58,256 nt of DNA. It comes from Bacilli bacterium (lineage in GTDB: Bacteria > Bacillota_I > Bacilli_A > RFN20 > CAG-826). Where the stretch lies: positions 1-58,256 of the forward strand of contig JAKSVL010000002.1 in the NCBI GenBank assembly GCA_024407995.1, read 5' to 3'. The translations under genes and the position numbers were made by a program. This document shows, one piece after another, positions 56,205 to 58,256 of the stretch (position 1 is the first letter of the stretch; each line of letters opens with the position of its first letter). Under the pieces are notes generated by a model. It had not been told where the DNA came from. It did not search any database and was given only the letters and a program-made list of their open reading frames with translations.

Positions 56205-58016
56205 TTATCTTAATTTTGACCAATATAAATCGCCAATTAAGTTGATGTTTTCTTTCAAAGGATCTACTTTTTGTTCACAACCTTTAGCATTTAAAACCAT
56301 AATAGCATCATTTGCTGAAGTGTATGCATCCCAATCAATTGAACCTACTCCACTTACTTGGCCATTAGAAATACTTGGGTCACCATTTAACGCAAAATTT
56401 ACCCACATTTTTTGCATAATATTACTAAATCTAATTGCTTCCTCGTGTGTGCAACATAAGAATTCATCTGATTCAAATATACCAAACTCAAAAGGAAGCT
56501 CTGCTGCATGAATGGATCCATAAGGTGTTGGATTATGTGTTGATGGATCAATATAATTGCCATTGTATTCTTCAGTAAAGAAATATTGATAGACTCTCTG
56601 CCCATTATCAGCATGTGTCTTAGCTTCAAACCTACATGGAGTGTGGAATGAAAGATAATTGATACATTCAACTCCATTTTTGTATTCACTTCCTGTTAGA
56701 CTATTTTTAAAAGCATTCCATCTAACAAGTTCTTCTTCTGTCATTTTACTCTCAAATTTATATAATCCACTTTCTAAAACTGTTTGATTAATTTCTGGAG
56801 TCATGAATAAAGTCCAATATTCAAATTCGTCTTTGGTTGTGCCACAAAGAATGTCTATTCCGTCTCTAGTCTCATCAGTAAGTTTAGACCTAACATCAAA
56901 TGGAAGAGTAATTCCATCAAGTTGAGGATAAGTATAACCAGTAGGGTCAATAATTGAACAAATAGTAGCAACTTTACGTAAATCAGTTGGTGTAAGAGTC
57001 AATAAATCATTCATATTTTTGCAACCAGTTATATCTAAAATTCGTTGCGTTTGTGATATAGATTTTTCAGCAGTTCTTAAGAAATTAGTACAAGATCCAC
57101 TTTGAACAATTGCTCTTTTAAATAACCCTTTAGCTTCAGGAATAATTGTTAAGGCAGAAACTGAACCACCGCCAGCTGATTCACCAAAAATTGTAATTCT
57201 TTCTGGGTCACCACCAAAAGATTCTGCGTTTTCTTTTAACCATTTTAATCCTGCAATTTGGTCTAATAACCCAAGATTTGCAGACTCTTTATAATTTTCA
57301 CCACCAGGAACTCTACTTAAATTAACAAATCCTACAAAATCAGTACGATAATCTAACGAAGCATAAATAACTTCAGGATTATTTTTAACAAAATTTGTTC
57401 CATCATATTCTGGAGAAACTGCTCCGCCTTGAAGATAGGCACCACCATGAATCCATAACATTATAGGTTTTTTACTGTTGGCATCACTTTTGTTATTCCA
57501 AATATTAATATTTAAACAATCTTCTCCTTGAGGATATAAACAAGCTCTTTCATCTTGGGTCTCTATTTGAACTGAACTATGACCAAAATAATAAGCTTCG
57601 TAAACTTTGTTGGAATTATCAAGTTTTTGTGGAGCTTTCCATCTTAAATTATTCGTTGGAGCTTTTGCAAAAGGCATGCCTTTCCAAGAAACAATATTAT
57701 TGCTATCAACTTTTCCAACGTATGTTCCATATGCTGTAGATGCAGCTAATGAAGCATCATAATCTCCATTAATTTCTTTATTTTCACCGTAAAGTTTCAT
57801 CATTTCTGCTCTAATAGCATTGAGTACTTCTGGTGTATCACCAGTTGCAGCAAGAAATTCATCAACTCTTGCATCTCTCCAAGCTTTATCTATATTTTCA
57901 CTAAAAGTTAGGGCTGCAATTTTTGGATCATCACCTTTGCAACCACTAATACAAAAGGCTAACACTGAAGCAAAAACTATAAACATTGATTTTTTTGAGA
58001 ATTTAAAATTTTTCAT
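56205..58016 (-). CDS. Lipoprotein, type-B carboxylesterase/lipase family
   Basis: Lipobox CISGC (Cys26), EDCLNINIW, oxyanion WIHGGAY, nucleophile elbow FGESAGG. Confidence 0.85.
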   Translation of the reverse strand: MKNFKFSKKSMFIVFASVLAFCISGCKGDDPKIAALTFSENIDKAWRDARVDEFLAATGDTPEVLNAIRAEMMKLYGENKEINGDYDASLAASTAYGTYVGKVDSNNIVSWKGMPFAKAPTNNLRWKAPQKLDNSNKVYEAYYFGHSSVQIETQDERACLYPQGEDCLNINIWNNKSDANSKKPIMLWIHGGAYLQGGAVSPEYDGTNFVKNNPEVIYASLDYRTDFVGFVNLSRVPGGENYKESANLGLLDQIAGLKWLKENAESFGGDPERITIFGESAGGGSVSALTIIPEAKGLFKRAIVQSGSCTNFLRTAEKSISQTQRILDITGCKNMNDLLTLTPTDLRKVATICSIIDPTGYTYPQLDGITLPFDVRSKLTDETRDGIDILCGTTKDEFEYWTLFMTPEINQTVLESGLYKFESKMTEEELVRWNAFKNSLTGSEYKNGVECINYLSFHTPCRFEAKTHADNGQRVYQYFFTEEYNGNYIDPSTHNPTPYGSIHAAELPFEFGIFESDEFLCCTHEEAIRFSNIMQKMWVNFALNGDPSISNGQVSGVGSIDWDAYTSANDAIMVLNAKGCEQKVDPLKENINLIGDLYWSKLR

Positions 58017-58201
58017 AAATTAATAATTCCTCTTATTTATTAATAGTATCATCATTCGCATTACGCAAGCATAAAAATTGATTTAGGCCAATTGAATTTT
58101 AGTACAAATATGGAATTACAACTCCTTATTGAATATTACTTTGTAAAAATAAAAAATTTGCTCTTGCATTAACGCTTGAATAAATTTTTAATTAGTTATC
58201 A

Positions 58202-58256
58202 TGGCTGGGGTGACTGGGATCGAACCAGTGAATGGTGAATTCAGAGTCCACTGCCT
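58202..58256 (-). tRNA. tRNA-Gln (anticodon CUG), 3' portion only; the 5' part is beyond the window
   Basis: The reverse complement ends GGTTCGATCCCAGTCACCCCAGCCA, with anticodon stem-loop GTGGA-CTCTGAA-TTCAC. The 3' end closely resembles E. coli tRNA-Gln as recalled. Confidence 0.8.

Noticed and set aside
54673-58201. tRNA-Gln-associated integrative island with att repeats.
   Set aside because: By eye there is no copy of the tRNA 3' end (TGGCTGGGGTGACTGGGATCGAACC or its complement) near 54.7 kb, and no integrase or recombinase gene. Only composition and context suggest acquisition, so it is reported as a finding, not as a mobile element.
1-58256. Alternative genetic code (TGA = Trp, Mycoplasma/Spiroplasma code 4).
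   Set aside because: All conserved genes have expected full lengths under code 11 with Trp as TGG. No gene needs TGA read-through.

Overview
58.3-kb chromosomal window from a low-GC Bacillota genome. It reads under the standard code: every conserved gene is intact without recoding TGA. About 55 CDS are tightly packed, often with 1-8 nt start/stop overlaps, and most are housekeeping. Gene order closely follows Bacillus subtilis (recalled from memory): sufCDSUB; ribU-fer; cmk-der-hup; dnaD-nth/recU; gpsB-rnpB; pgsA-cinA-recA-rny-ymdB-miaB-ymcA-miaA. The slots that hold ponA, pbpX and mutSL/hfq in Bacillus are empty or changed. Together with many lipoproteins and membrane-tethered exoenzymes, this suggests an Acholeplasma-like (wall-less, code 11) or related lineage. 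That placement is inference only. RNA features: tRNA-Leu(UAG), a partial tRNA-Gln(CUG) at the 3' edge, type-B RNase P RNA, and an FMN riboswitch upstream of ribU. A 59-aa ferredoxin gene is absent from the supplied ORF track. Accessory-looking parts: (i) an M6-like metalloprotease, a zinc-ribbon membrane protein and a domain-permuted, doubly anchored GH3 glycosidase (1-6 kb); (ii) an ABC-2 exporter pair; (iii) a CotH-family lipoprotein gene broken by one in-frame TAA; (iv) two translationally coupled, fully fused MacB/FtsX-type ABC proteins (703 and 934 aa), preceded by an 8-codon proline-containing uORF inside a terminator/SD-masking hairpin; (v) an AT-richer convergent pair of lipoprotein hydrolases (Ntn/choloylglycine-hydrolase family and type-B carboxylesterase) next to tRNA-Gln. 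The most unusual non-coding stretch is the 590-bp recA-rny gap, which holds an imperfect 53-nt direct repeat. I found no CRISPR array, transposase, integrase, phage gene or recognisable defence system. The best candidate for an undescribed system is the uORF-attenuator plus twin fused type-VII ABC module. All calls rest on reading motifs by eye; no database search was run.
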